64,000 nucleotides of DNA. Source: Candidatus Poseidoniaceae archaeon. GTDB lineage: Archaea; Thermoplasmatota; Poseidoniia; Poseidoniales; Poseidoniaceae. The stretch spans positions 3,766 through 67,765 of the forward strand of contig CASIAP010000013.1 in the NCBI GenBank assembly GCA_949372645.1. The letters are read 5' to 3'. Of the stretch, positions 9,449 through 19,724 are shown in pieces. Each line of letters opens with the position of its first letter. Within the stretch, counting starts at the first letter, position 1. The notes under the pieces were generated by a model, which worked only from the letters and a program-made list of their open reading frames with translations, ran no database searches and was not told the DNA's origin. The position numbers and the translations under genes are program-made.

Positions 9449-12400
9449 ATGCACAGCGGTATGTTTCGCAGAAGTGTACCTGCGATTATGATGATGTTCA
9501 TCATGCTCCTCACACCTTTACAACTCGCATTCACTGCCCAAGTAGAGCCTTTACTGCTTGAAGAAAATAAAGTTGGATCAACCCTCCATATGGATGATCA
9601 ATTTAATGAATCTGATGGTTTCATTCAAAACAATATTTCCATTGAGGAAGCAACTGGCGAAGCACTGTTAGAACATCCAGAAATCACATGGCAAGCAATC
9701 ACCAATACAGGCCTCACTGTTGACAGAACCGGTGCATGTGCCGTACATCTTGAATCGTCAAACGAAGTGATGCTGATGGGTGGAATAATCGATATCAACC
9801 CTACACAAAGTGGTGATGAGTCTCCATCGGGCAGTATTGAGATCTATGATGTTGGGAATTCAAGTTGGCAGGAGAGTCAATTCAGCATGCCTTTGCCACA
9901 AATGTACTTCGGATGCACCACTGTCGATGAGAACGTCTATGCGATTGGCGATTACCATCCCTATTCGACACCTGAGATTTTTTCCAATGGTATGGTCCAG
10001 ATATTGAATACGAACGATGGTACATGGTCGACTGGCAGCTCAATGCCAAATGGGAATGAAGTTGGACTCATCGGAGTGGATCATGTTGGAGATTTTGTAT
10101 ATGCAGCTGGAGGAGTGAGTCGGAAAGACCGTTCTGATACCAGCAACCAACTTATGCGCTACAATACCAACACGGATACGTGGGATCAAATGGCGAACAT
10201 GAGTCTTGCACGGCATTCATTTTCCCTCATTGAATATCATGGGAAATTGTATGCGATTGGTGGAATTGCGACCTATTTCAACCCAACACTCAACCGAACG
10301 GTTACGGCTCCAACCAACCATACTGAAGTGTATGATGTTCTGACAGATAGCTGGACCAACCATTCTGTCTTACCCTTTGAAATTGCAGCCTATGCAGCGA
10401 CGATACACAATGATGAGATTATTCTTTCTGGAGGTATTACAGGAACTGGGTTCAACTCCTTGTCGAAAGATGTGTATGGGTATAACCCTTTGACAGGAGC
10501 TATGAGCGAACATGCACCACTCTCAGTGAACATGTATGATCACACAATTACTAGCGGTAATGGTACAATTATTTACGCATCTGGAGAGACATCCTTCTCT
10601 CGTTTCTCGTCATGGGCTTCATATTTCCATAACCGCTCAGAGTTTTTTGAAAATCCGGCTCAATATAATGGCTGGATTTCTTCAGATATCATCGATCTTC
10701 GAAAAACGGTATGGGGTACATCTTCCCCGACTTGGTTGGAATTATCTGGACAGACGCCCGACAATACTCTTCTTCAATTACAGTATAAAATTGGAGTTGA
10801 TTCAAACGTACTCAGCACTTCACCTTGGCTCCCGATCGGTGCTCAAAATAGCTCAGAATTTCTCCCCATCGGAAACACCTCTTTGATTCACGTAGGTGAA
10901 GGGAATTCCTTCATCCAATATCGTATCAAATTCAGTACGACTGAACTCAACAATTGGGAAATACCAAATCTTGATTTTGTTAAGGTTTATTCTGAAGAGT
11001 CAACACTCCTTGGACAACATCCTTCTTCCCTACATCCAAATGCAGCACCAATCTTGTTGACTTCATTCCATTCATCTTATAGCGCAAATTCAAACTATTC
11101 CTTGCTGCTACTCCCGTCTAACAGTGATGGGTTTACCTCTCCCGGAACAGATCCTGCTGAGATCAAATGGAACGCTATTACCAAATCATTCACTATCAAT
11201 GATTCCACAGGGATATTCAAACAGAGTGAGATCAGTGTGGTCGAAATGTCATCAACACCTCATGGTGATGAAATACAATGGAGTATTGCGGTTGCAGAAG
11301 GATTACCAAGTGATTACTTCACACTTGAAATTCAAACTCATGGCATTCATGAAACCACTTATCGGAGTCCAGATACCATTAACATTGAAAATATCCTTGA
11401 TGTGCATGTCCTACAGTATTCATCTTCCTTTTCGAGTCAAGGGGAAGCAGATGTTTCGACAGGAGAAGTTTTCCCCGATGGCATCCCAATCGAGGTGACC
11501 ATCGATCATCGTTTCAATTCCACTGGAACCTTGCTCCTCCACGGAATGATTGAAGCCCGCTTGCATCTCGATGTTGAGAATACAGAGTATGGATGGTTTA
11601 ACACGACTGGACAATGGTTTACGCTCCAAACTGGTCAAGAAACAGTAACATCCTATACGCTTCCCAATTCAAGTTCAGGTGCCGCCAGAATATGGATAGA
11701 AGCACGTACGCAAGATGACTTCGTACTGAATGTCGATCCCTCTTCACAGGAATTCATACTGAATGTCAATTCCCCACTTCAGATTTCAACATCACCAAAT
11801 TCTGGCACTTACATCAATGAAAATTCAGCTCGGAATGTCGAATTTGAATTCTATGATGTTGGTGGATTCAGTGATGAAACTGTACAGGCCTTTGTATGGG
11901 TTGAAGCGCTGCATGACAGTGATTCAAACGGGCTGTATTCACCCAATGAATCAATTCAAACAAATCTCACCTTTACCAATAATGAAGATTTCTGGCTGCT
12001 CAACCTTACGGTAAATGATACGGCGAACTCCGACCATCAAATGGTACATGTTATACTCGAGGGAGAGGATTTAGCCGGTAAAACACTTCGAAACCCTGAC
12101 CTTCCCCCCACCAACGGCTTACTCTCATGGATGAGCCGCACACCTGAAAAAGCAAATGTCACTTCGATAGAACCATTGTTTGAAACCTATGCCAGTGGTG
12201 CACAGCGTCTCGAACCGAATCAAATGATTGGATGGAAGGTCATCGTAAGTGATAGTAATAACATCTCAGATATTTCCTATGTACGAATTGAACTTGGGAA
12301 TGATGAAACGCTTGGAATGCGCTACAACAGTAACTTGGATACCTGTGAGGCGATGGATGCTCGGATTCAAGTTGGTAATTCATGCTTTATGAATCTCGAA

Positions 12401-14017
12401 AATGACAGTTTGGTCATTCACTTTAGTGGTGAGGTTGATTGGTCCTTTGTCAATTCTGCTCTCGATACCGGATACCTTGAGGTTCACATTGATGACTATG
12501 ATGGCACCAGTATTCGTGCTTATGATGGGCAATGGGTTTTAGAGCGACAAATGACGATTGAATTGGAACCCCTCCAAGATCTCGATGGGTCAGTTCAAGG
12601 CGAACTTACTGCAGGTTGGAGTATGGTTTCAGGAGAATATGTGCAACTGAATGCAACAATTAAACATCTGATTAGCAATGAATCGTATAATGGATACGTC
12701 TCGGTGATTTGGAGAGGTAAAATTCAGAATGATTTCTTTTCGAATGGTTTTTCCGCAGAAGTCATTGATGGCCAATTATCCACACCAATTCAGACTCCAA
12801 TAGGTTCAGGCCTCTGGCATCAAACCGTGTTGGAGATTTGGGATCCTTATGATTCTGAGAATTTGTTCTCCACCGAATTACCGAACATGTGGTTAGATGG
12901 TGCTGCGCCGGTTTTGCTTCCTTCAACCTTGACAAGTGGAGTGTCTCGATATCATCTGGATAACGTCGAGATTGGCGTAAATATTGATGAAGCAAATTCA
13001 TGGTCAGATAATCTTACTCTCAATTGCCAGATTCGGTCGTTAAACTTTGAATGGCCAATTTTAACACTGAGCCGTGAATCAACGACCATATATGATGGTA
13101 AAACTATGTTCAGTTTTATCTATAATTTCGCTGACCAAGGGGATCCTTCGACACTCTCATCCCAAGCGAACATTGCATGTTGGGCAAGTGGAAGTGATGA
13201 TGCAGGATGGGCACTCACTGCTGAGGATGGGAATTCTGCCAATAACCCTTGGCTCACATCGACACTCAGTGACATCGGGCCAGATTTAGCGATCAGTTCT
13301 GTGGACTTTGAAGGGGACGCAAGTGAAGGTTCGACATTACGTATCGAAATAGAAATTGTAAGTTCTGGTGAACAGATTGATGTTCCCTTTAACATCACAA
13401 TCAGTATTGTCAAAAATGAGGTTTCGAGTATTATAGGTCGAGAATCTCTACCCAGTATTGCAGATAATACGGCAGTACGAGTCCGTACTGCTCTCACGGT
13501 TCCTGACGGTGATTGGATATTGAATATTGAAGTGGATGCGGAACAAGGCATTTGGGAGCTTGATGAAGAGAACAATAAATGGTCACAAAATTATACTCAG
13601 CAAAGTGATGGAATGTCTGGCACTCTTGTGGCCATGTCTGCCGGTGGAGGAGTGCTTGTCTTGATTGCAATCTCTGCAGTCATCATACGCAAAAGAAACA
13701 AAGTTCAATCGTTGAATGATGTGCCTGCACTCGAAAAACCACTCACTGGCCCACCTTCACGTTCAGAGGGCGCAAAAAAGCCTCCTAAGAACCTCAAAGG
13801 TCCACCTCCTAAGGTTCCTGATGCACCCCTTTCTCTCGAAGGAGTGACTGCTTCAGCATCGCCACAGATGGTAGCTGTTGGTGCTTCAGTCATTGACTAC
13901 ACCCAACTGCCAGGAGGAGGCGAATACCAGTATGAGGGAAGTCAAACCTTCTACTCTGGAGCCGGCTGTGGGTTATGGAAACAAAATCCCGACCAATCCT
14001 TCACCCGTATGGAATAG
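9449..14017 (+). CDS. Giant surface protein: N-terminal Kelch-like repeats, C-terminal CARDB-like domain, TM helix, Pro-rich cytoplasmic tail
   Basis: ATG at 9449 gives a signal-like MHSGMFRRSVPAIMMMFIMLLTPLQLAFTAQ; the track ORF opens at TTG 9380. Kelch-like VYAIGD / VYAAGG / LYAIGG motifs are present. The CARDB-like end is ...WELDEENNKW. The TM helix is GTLVAMSAGGGVLVLIAISAVII, followed by a tail of about 110 aa. Confidence 0.8.
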   Translation: MHSGMFRRSVPAIMMMFIMLLTPLQLAFTAQVEPLLLEENKVGSTLHMDDQFNESDGFIQNNISIEEATGEALLEHPEITWQAITNTGLTVDRTGACAVHLESSNEVMLMGGIIDINPTQSGDESPSGSIEIYDVGNSSWQESQFSMPLPQMYFGCTTVDENVYAIGDYHPYSTPEIFSNGMVQILNTNDGTWSTGSSMPNGNEVGLIGVDHVGDFVYAAGGVSRKDRSDTSNQLMRYNTNTDTWDQMANMSLARHSFSLIEYHGKLYAIGGIATYFNPTLNRTVTAPTNHTEVYDVLTDSWTNHSVLPFEIAAYAATIHNDEIILSGGITGTGFNSLSKDVYGYNPLTGAMSEHAPLSVNMYDHTITSGNGTIIYASGETSFSRFSSWASYFHNRSEFFENPAQYNGWISSDIIDLRKTVWGTSSPTWLELSGQTPDNTLLQLQYKIGVDSNVLSTSPWLPIGAQNSSEFLPIGNTSLIHVGEGNSFIQYRIKFSTTELNNWEIPNLDFVKVYSEESTLLGQHPSSLHPNAAPILLTSFHSSYSANSNYSLLLLPSNSDGFTSPGTDPAEIKWNAITKSFTINDSTGIFKQSEISVVEMSSTPHGDEIQWSIAVAEGLPSDYFTLEIQTHGIHETTYRSPDTINIENILDVHVLQYSSSFSSQGEADVSTGEVFPDGIPIEVTIDHRFNSTGTLLLHGMIEARLHLDVENTEYGWFNTTGQWFTLQTGQETVTSYTLPNSSSGAARIWIEARTQDDFVLNVDPSSQEFILNVNSPLQISTSPNSGTYINENSARNVEFEFYDVGGFSDETVQAFVWVEALHDSDSNGLYSPNESIQTNLTFTNNEDFWLLNLTVNDTANSDHQMVHVILEGEDLAGKTLRNPDLPPTNGLLSWMSRTPEKANVTSIEPLFETYASGAQRLEPNQMIGWKVIVSDSNNISDISYVRIELGNDETLGMRYNSNLDTCEAMDARIQVGNSCFMNLENDSLVIHFSGEVDWSFVNSALDTGYLEVHIDDYDGTSIRAYDGQWVLERQMTIELEPLQDLDGSVQGELTAGWSMVSGEYVQLNATIKHLISNESYNGYVSVIWRGKIQNDFFSNGFSAEVIDGQLSTPIQTPIGSGLWHQTVLEIWDPYDSENLFSTELPNMWLDGAAPVLLPSTLTSGVSRYHLDNVEIGVNIDEANSWSDNLTLNCQIRSLNFEWPILTLSRESTTIYDGKTMFSFIYNFADQGDPSTLSSQANIACWASGSDDAGWALTAEDGNSANNPWLTSTLSDIGPDLAISSVDFEGDASEGSTLRIEIEIVSSGEQIDVPFNITISIVKNEVSSIIGRESLPSIADNTAVRVRTALTVPDGDWILNIEVDAEQGIWELDEENNKWSQNYTQQSDGMSGTLVAMSAGGGVLVLIAISAVIIRKRNKVQSLNDVPALEKPLTGPPSRSEGAKKPPKNLKGPPPKVPDAPLSLEGVTASASPQMVAVGASVIDYTQLPGGGEYQYEGSQTFYSGAGCGLWKQNPDQSFTRME

Positions 14018-14045
14018 TGTCAATGCTTAACTTCTTGAGGAGGGG

Positions 14046-14642
14046 ATGGTTGTTTACTCTATGGCGAGTGAGGATATCGAAGATATTCGGCGCGTACTTG
14101 CCATTTGCTTTCGGGATGGTGAAACGCTCGGTGCATTAGATATTGAACGGATTATCTCATTTGATATGGAATGGGTCGCTCCTGGTGAAGCAGAAAAAGT
14201 AGTCCAAGCCCTGATTGGCAAAGGCTGGCTCTCTGGTGAAGAAGATGCCCTCATGCCAACTGTATCACTCACCAATGTCCAATCTCCCCTCGGTTGGTTT
14301 CCCCGACCATCTCGCTTACTTCACCCCGTTCATCCCGAACATCAGCAACCTGTATCGATAAAGGTCGTCCAATCCACGCCTGAAGCAAAACCCAATGTTG
14401 CGGCCAAGAACGATACGCTTCTCCCCCTCACTGACACAAAAGACCCCCGAGAAAAACTGACTCAACGTTTATCAAAGTTCATTTCAAAATCATCTGAAAT
14501 CTCGCTGGAAGAAGTCGACAGACGAGCAAAACGGAAGCAACAGGCATTGGGATATGCCAGTACTTGGATGTGTTTAGCATTGGTTGCGAGAGAACAGAAC
14601 CTATCAATGAAAGAAATCACCGATGCATTAGCAACACGTTGA
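14046..14642 (+). CDS. Conserved archaeal hypothetical protein (DUF2240-like)
   Basis: 198 aa, with a GGAGG-like element just upstream. The N-terminal pattern (...ALDIERIISFDMEWVAPGEAEKVVQALIGKGWL...) resembles DUF2240 proteins as I recall them. Confidence 0.5.
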   Translation: MVVYSMASEDIEDIRRVLAICFRDGETLGALDIERIISFDMEWVAPGEAEKVVQALIGKGWLSGEEDALMPTVSLTNVQSPLGWFPRPSRLLHPVHPEHQQPVSIKVVQSTPEAKPNVAAKNDTLLPLTDTKDPREKLTQRLSKFISKSSEISLEEVDRRAKRKQQALGYASTWMCLALVAREQNLSMKEITDALATR

Positions 14643-17234
14643 TTATCCTTCGATGACTATGCCGTCATCCTTTTCAAGAACTTCTTCTTGATTACGAGCT
14701 GAAAGCTCAATTAAAACAGGCAAGAGGAGTAATGCAAGTAACAAGGAAAAGAAGACAGTTACGGCAGTAATCAATCCGAAGTCTTGAATCACCGGCATTG
14801 GTGAGAACATCAGGACAAGGAACCCAAAGGCAGTGGTCAGTGCACTCATAATCAGTGCAACACCTGTGGTCGAAAGAGCAGCGCGTAAAGCCTCCCAATG
14901 AGAATCTCTTCGAGCGAGTTCAACTTCAATTCTGCGCCACATGTGAATAGAGTAATCAATCCCTATACCAATCGTGAGAGCTGTAACCATGACGGTCAAA
15001 ACATTCCATTTCAAACCGAGTATAAACATCGAACCAGCGACCCAAAGTGACGCAAGCGCAACCGGTAAGAGCACAGCGAGCGCTGGAACTACACGTCGCG
15101 TCAACACCAACAATACAAGCATGGAGACAAAGAGTGAGATCACCGTTGATTTGATTTGGGAGGTGTTCAGACCATCGAGAACAGTTTGCAAGATAACAAG
15201 GTCACCCGTCACATACAATTGGGCATGGTCTTCGAGGTTGTAGCGAAGAGTTCCTTGTTCGGAAGTACTGCCAAGTTGTCCTTCGATTTTACTGATGACC
15301 AGTTTAGATTCTGCTGAAGTGGATGCTTCGACTCGAACTTCAGTTCTAAAATACTTGATTTGTCCTTCTTCAAGGTAAACGGTTTGTTCGATTCGTTGAG
15401 CCCATGTTTCTCCCGTCAATACATCAGCAACAGTCTGATTGGAGGAAAGTTCGGAAAATACTGGAGCTAAATCAAATTCATTCGAGGTGTTGAGAACATA
15501 GACACCACCGGCATAAACCTCGAGATTATGAGATTCTCCGAAAGATTGGTTTCGCAAAATAGCATCGCGTAACACGACGTAAGGACCTTCGTAGGAAGGT
15601 GAAGCAGGTGCATTGTCAGTGCCGACAACGTCGTGGTTGGTCTCTAAGTCCTTGTGTAAGCCCCTCAACTCATCCAGCATCACCGAATCACCAGGTATGT
15701 GTGAAGAATCCTCAATGGGTTCAAGCAGAATGTAAATTAATTTCCATCCAGCACTGTCATAACTTGATGACATATCTTCTCGAACTTGCATGATTTCCAT
15801 ATCGGGGTCGACAAAGTCTGCCAGGTCAAAATCAGTTTCTAAGGAGGCTGCACCGAAGATAGAGATGCCTGAAATGAGAATGGTCACGAGAATGACGGTG
15901 ACTTGTTGTTTTTGTTGAACAGCAACAATACCTCCAACAAGTCGAGGCATGGTAATGGCTTGACTCAGTTGTGCCATGGAGGCTTTCTTACGAACAACAT
16001 GCAGTGCACCAACTACGACAGTCGAAGAAACAAAAGCACAGAGAACTCCAAAGGCCAGTGCATATCCAAAAGTGGCTAAAGGCGGTAGAGGGGAAATGAC
16101 ATTCGCCAAAAAGGCTGCAACAGTTGTGACCACTGCTAATGAGAGAGGAATTGAGAGACGAGCACAAGCCCTAAGCCAAGCTTCAGCAGGATCGTCTTGT
16201 TCCTTACGGATAGCAGAAAAGGCTCGCTGCAAATGGATTGCATAATCAATACCAAGTCCGAGTACCAGGGGGGCTACTGCAACTTCAAGAGCAGTAAATC
16301 GGATATCGAGATAATTCAATACCCCATAGGTCCAAATCAAAGCAAAAGACAATCCGATTAGTGGGAATGCAACATCGTTAAGAGACCTGAAAGCAATAGC
16401 TAAGAGAATGATGACCACCAATAAGGCGAGAATAATCAATAAAGCGAGATTATCAAACGTACCTTGGTCAATGTCATATGAAATCAGATCAAGAGAAGCG
16501 ACTCCATAATCCAAATCCGAAGATTCAGAAAGGAGAGCAAATTCTTTTCGGAAATCGTCTTGTATCTGCTTTCTCTTTTCTTCATCTAAATTTGGATTAA
16601 TTTCTAAAACCCAAAGCGTGGAGGTGGCTGTAGGAGCTGCATCACCCGTCCCATTCTTGAGGTAGGTACAACTTGAATCCACATTCAAATCACTGTGAAG
16701 AAGTGCGGAAGAGGCATAACGTGCTGCAGAAAGAAGTTGGTCGTCAGCTGTCAGTGAGCAAACTGTATCTTCTTCGAAGAGAAGATCGAGAATCTCACCC
16801 CATGATTCGATTGATTCCAATGAAGTACCATTTGCTTCCTCATCAAGGGCCAATTGAACAATTCCTGGCGCAGTCGTCCAAACCGCAACAGCATCCTGAT
16901 TATTCGATGACTCGTTTTGCATATGTGCCAGATGAGTATTCATCGTCTGAAGGTTTTCTATAGAAAGTATGTTTGAACTATCCTTTGCTGAAACATGAAC
17001 AAATAAAGGTCGTGCTTCGTTTGGAAAATATTCATGGATCCGGTCATGTGCATCACTCGAATCAGAGTCTGGAGCAAAATCGGAAAGGTCGGTATTGAAT
17101 GTAGGAGGAGAAACGATAAGATGGGCGCTGAGTGAAACTGTAAACAGAAACACGACGACCAGTATTACAGGAGCCATACGTTTGAACAATGGAGCCCAAC
17201 TGGCCATTCGTTCCTCCAATGACGCAGTATCCAT
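14643..17234 (-). CDS. RND-superfamily / MMPL-type exporter (COG1033-like), paralog 1
   Basis: 863 aa. Two repeats, each with one TM, a large extracytoplasmic loop and a 5-TM bundle. Signatures are GLGIDYAIHL and GIGIDYSIHMWRR. Confidence 0.85.
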   Translation of the reverse strand: MDTASLEERMASWAPLFKRMAPVILVVVFLFTVSLSAHLIVSPPTFNTDLSDFAPDSDSSDAHDRIHEYFPNEARPLFVHVSAKDSSNILSIENLQTMNTHLAHMQNESSNNQDAVAVWTTAPGIVQLALDEEANGTSLESIESWGEILDLLFEEDTVCSLTADDQLLSAARYASSALLHSDLNVDSSCTYLKNGTGDAAPTATSTLWVLEINPNLDEEKRKQIQDDFRKEFALLSESSDLDYGVASLDLISYDIDQGTFDNLALLIILALLVVIILLAIAFRSLNDVAFPLIGLSFALIWTYGVLNYLDIRFTALEVAVAPLVLGLGIDYAIHLQRAFSAIRKEQDDPAEAWLRACARLSIPLSLAVVTTVAAFLANVISPLPPLATFGYALAFGVLCAFVSSTVVVGALHVVRKKASMAQLSQAITMPRLVGGIVAVQQKQQVTVILVTILISGISIFGAASLETDFDLADFVDPDMEIMQVREDMSSSYDSAGWKLIYILLEPIEDSSHIPGDSVMLDELRGLHKDLETNHDVVGTDNAPASPSYEGPYVVLRDAILRNQSFGESHNLEVYAGGVYVLNTSNEFDLAPVFSELSSNQTVADVLTGETWAQRIEQTVYLEEGQIKYFRTEVRVEASTSAESKLVISKIEGQLGSTSEQGTLRYNLEDHAQLYVTGDLVILQTVLDGLNTSQIKSTVISLFVSMLVLLVLTRRVVPALAVLLPVALASLWVAGSMFILGLKWNVLTVMVTALTIGIGIDYSIHMWRRIEVELARRDSHWEALRAALSTTGVALIMSALTTAFGFLVLMFSPMPVIQDFGLITAVTVFFSLLLALLLLPVLIELSARNQEEVLEKDDGIVIEG

Positions 17235-17399
17235 TGTTCTTGCGATGCAAAGGCACTAAAAAAGAGACGGGGTGGATTTTCTCGAAGAAGTGCCATTCTG
17301 GCAAATTTAAGATTTACACATACTCACTTTCTTCAATATTCGGAGGTGGATAGAGGGAGAAGGTTCAAAACAAAGTTGTAAGTCGCAAGAACGATTGCA

Positions 17400-17657
17400 A
17401 TGCCTGTTAAAGTCCTCCTCAATGAAAAAAACGAACTGCGCTTGCGTGTCATTGGTGAAAGCCACACTGCTTTGCAAATGCTCCGTGAGCGTCTTAACTG
17501 CAGCAGTAAAGTCGAATATGCAAACTATTTCCCAGGCCACCCGGAATTGGATGACCCTGAATTTTACATCCGCATCTCTGGAAAGAACACATCAGACAAA
17601 GTCTTGAAGGATATTGTTTCTGGACTTGCAAGTGAATTCGCTAGTATCAGCCTCTGA
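17400..17657 (+). CDS. rpoL: DNA-directed RNA polymerase subunit L (Rpo11)
   Basis: 85 aa. The pattern ELRLRVIGESHTALQMLRERL...VEYANYFPGHPELDDPEFYIRI matches the RpoL/Rpb11 fold signature. Confidence 0.85.
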   Translation: MPVKVLLNEKNELRLRVIGESHTALQMLRERLNCSSKVEYANYFPGHPELDDPEFYIRISGKNTSDKVLKDIVSGLASEFASISL

Positions 17658-17670
17658 ATGGGGTATTCCG

Positions 17671-19074
17671 ATGACCACATGGACGGATTCTCTCGCAGAA
17701 TCTATTGGACTTGACGGCTATGCTACCGATACCCTTGGTATTGGAGGCGTCTTGAAAGCACGAGTTGCTGATTTCCGTGTTGAAGAGATCTCCACGCCTG
17801 TTCATCTTGAAAACCGCGGCCGATTTACTGTAGCTCGCATCATGCTGACCAACTGGGAAACCAATCGATTCTGTAATACATTAGCTAAAGCACTCTCCAT
17901 TCCACGCAATCGTATCTTTTTTGCAGGTACAAAGGATAAACGGGCAGTGACCCAACAGTTGTTTGTCATCGATGCACCACAAGCCAAAGTAGCTGCTGTT
18001 GAAATCCCCGATGTAGATATTGAAGTACTCGGTCGAACACATCAAAAGATTGGATTCGGTAACCACCGTGGGAATCGATTTACAATTGTGATTCGAGGCT
18101 GTGCCAATGAAGACGGGACGCCAATGATCGTTGAAGATGCATTGAAGGAGGTCGAAACGATTCAAAAAGAAATGGCATCGAAACTAGGAGAGGATACGTT
18201 TCCCAATTGGATTGGGCCTCAACGATTTGGAGCTGGACGACCGGTTACCGCTGAAGTCGGAAAGCATGTGATTGCTGGAGATTGGAAACAAGCAGCACTC
18301 ACCTACATCGCTATGCCCGGTGAATCAGAAAATGCAGATGTATCGGCCTTCCGGAAACATGTTCGTGACAATGGACCAACTGAAGAAGGGCTTGAATTGG
18401 CTCCAAAATGGCTCGGCTTTGAGCGTAAAATGGTTGAACACCTCCTCCACCGTCCTGAAGATTATATTGGAGCGTTCCGCAAACTACCTGGAAATTTGCA
18501 ATTGATGACCGTTCACGCCTTACAGTCGGTGGTATTCAATAAATCACTCCACTCTCGACTTGCTGCTCACCATCCAATCAGTTCTCCTGTTGCAGGAGAT
18601 TTTGTCGGCCGTATTGATGAAAAGGGTCAACTGGATGCACCAAGTTGTGTCTTAGTTGAACCACGAACCCTTCCTCGAATCATTCGAAATTGCCAACTTG
18701 GCCGTCTAGCGCCAACCGGTCCGTTGCCAGGAAGTGAAATTCAAACCTGTGAAGGTTTGACTGGGGATATTGAAAAAGAAATTATTCAACAAATGGGATT
18801 ATCTGACGTGAGTTGGGAAGTCGAGGCCATACCTCGACTTTCGACCAGAGGCACTCGAAGATCACTGGTGACCAGTTTCAAAGAAATGAGCGTTGACAGT
18901 GTACCAATTGCGAACGATGACTCGATGGGAGAGCGATGGAAAGCTGGACCGGTGGAGAACAGCCGCTGGCACCCTGATGGCGCCTGTATTCGATTCCGAT
19001 TCACTCTTTCATCAGGGAGTTATGCAACAACTCTGCTTCGTGAGTTCATGCGATGCCCACTGCATCAATTGTGA
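17671..19074 (+). CDS. truD: tRNA pseudouridine synthase D (TruD/Pus7 family)
   Basis: Has the TruD catalytic motif FFAGTKDKRAVTQQ. The N-terminus reads GIGGVLKARVADFRVEEI. The in-frame ATG is at 17671; the track ORF opens at TTG 17614, inside rpoL. Confidence 0.9.
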   Translation: MTTWTDSLAESIGLDGYATDTLGIGGVLKARVADFRVEEISTPVHLENRGRFTVARIMLTNWETNRFCNTLAKALSIPRNRIFFAGTKDKRAVTQQLFVIDAPQAKVAAVEIPDVDIEVLGRTHQKIGFGNHRGNRFTIVIRGCANEDGTPMIVEDALKEVETIQKEMASKLGEDTFPNWIGPQRFGAGRPVTAEVGKHVIAGDWKQAALTYIAMPGESENADVSAFRKHVRDNGPTEEGLELAPKWLGFERKMVEHLLHRPEDYIGAFRKLPGNLQLMTVHALQSVVFNKSLHSRLAAHHPISSPVAGDFVGRIDEKGQLDAPSCVLVEPRTLPRIIRNCQLGRLAPTGPLPGSEIQTCEGLTGDIEKEIIQQMGLSDVSWEVEAIPRLSTRGTRRSLVTSFKEMSVDSVPIANDDSMGERWKAGPVENSRWHPDGACIRFRFTLSSGSYATTLLREFMRCPLHQL

Positions 19075-19148
19075 ACCGTATAAATACGAATGAAACTATC
19101 TCATTAAAGAAGAGTGAGCTATGCTCACATTACGACTCTGGAACGAAC

Positions 19149-19421
19149 TCAAAGAAGGCCCATTGAAAGAACTTCAATTTCGCCGACACCTGGGATTTCA
19201 GAAATTCTACCTTCCAAAGCATCTGCAAGACCTTCACCATCGTTCATAACCACATGGATTTGAACAAATTTGAGGCCGAAAGCCAAAGGCTTGACTTCAA
19301 CAGATTGAATATTGTAAACATCGTCACTGAGAACTTGAACAGCTGCTGCGATTGCATCAGCATCCACATTTTCAACATCCGAATCAGGATTGAGTTTGTA
19401 TGTCATTGCTACCATACCCAT
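19149..19421 (-). CDS. ef1b: Translation elongation factor aEF-1 beta
   Basis: 90 aa. The pattern MGMVAMTYKLNPDS...VKPLAFGLKFVQIHVVMNDGEG...IPGVGEIEVLSMG is typical of aEF-1beta. Confidence 0.9.
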   Translation of the reverse strand: MGMVAMTYKLNPDSDVENVDADAIAAAVQVLSDDVYNIQSVEVKPLAFGLKFVQIHVVMNDGEGLADALEGRISEIPGVGEIEVLSMGLL

Positions 19422-19430
19422 AGAATCACC

Positions 19431-19598
19431 TCAGGGCCCCTGGTATTGGCAGGTTGGGCAGATGTAAATAACACCTTGATTGCGGCAACGTGGACTACGT
19501 CCAATGGGTGTATCGCAACCAGGGCATGGGAATGAAGTTGATCCGGTTTCAACAAGTGGAACTCCGGAAGAAGTGCAGTTTGCGGCTCTTTCAGTCAT
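19431..19598 (-). CDS. Small zinc-ribbon protein (COG2888-like), below the ORF-track size cutoff
   Basis: Hand translation gives MTERAANCTSSGVPLVETGSTSFPCPGCDTPIGRSPRCRNQGVIYICPTCQYQGP (55 aa). It has paired cysteine knuckles (CPGC, CPTC). It ends 9 nt upstream of ef1b, the usual archaeal arrangement. Confidence 0.65.
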   Translation of the reverse strand: MTERAANCTSSGVPLVETGSTSFPCPGCDTPIGRSPRCRNQGVIYICPTCQYQGP

Positions 19599-19724
19599 AA
19601 TAGGTCCTCAGGAACAAATGGCCCACGCCCTCCCCTTCTTTATGGTTGCGTGCTGAACCACTTCACTTTGGCATTGAAAATCAATGGAGGGGACTCGCCA
19701 TCAATGAGAACGAAGGCTCTCAAC

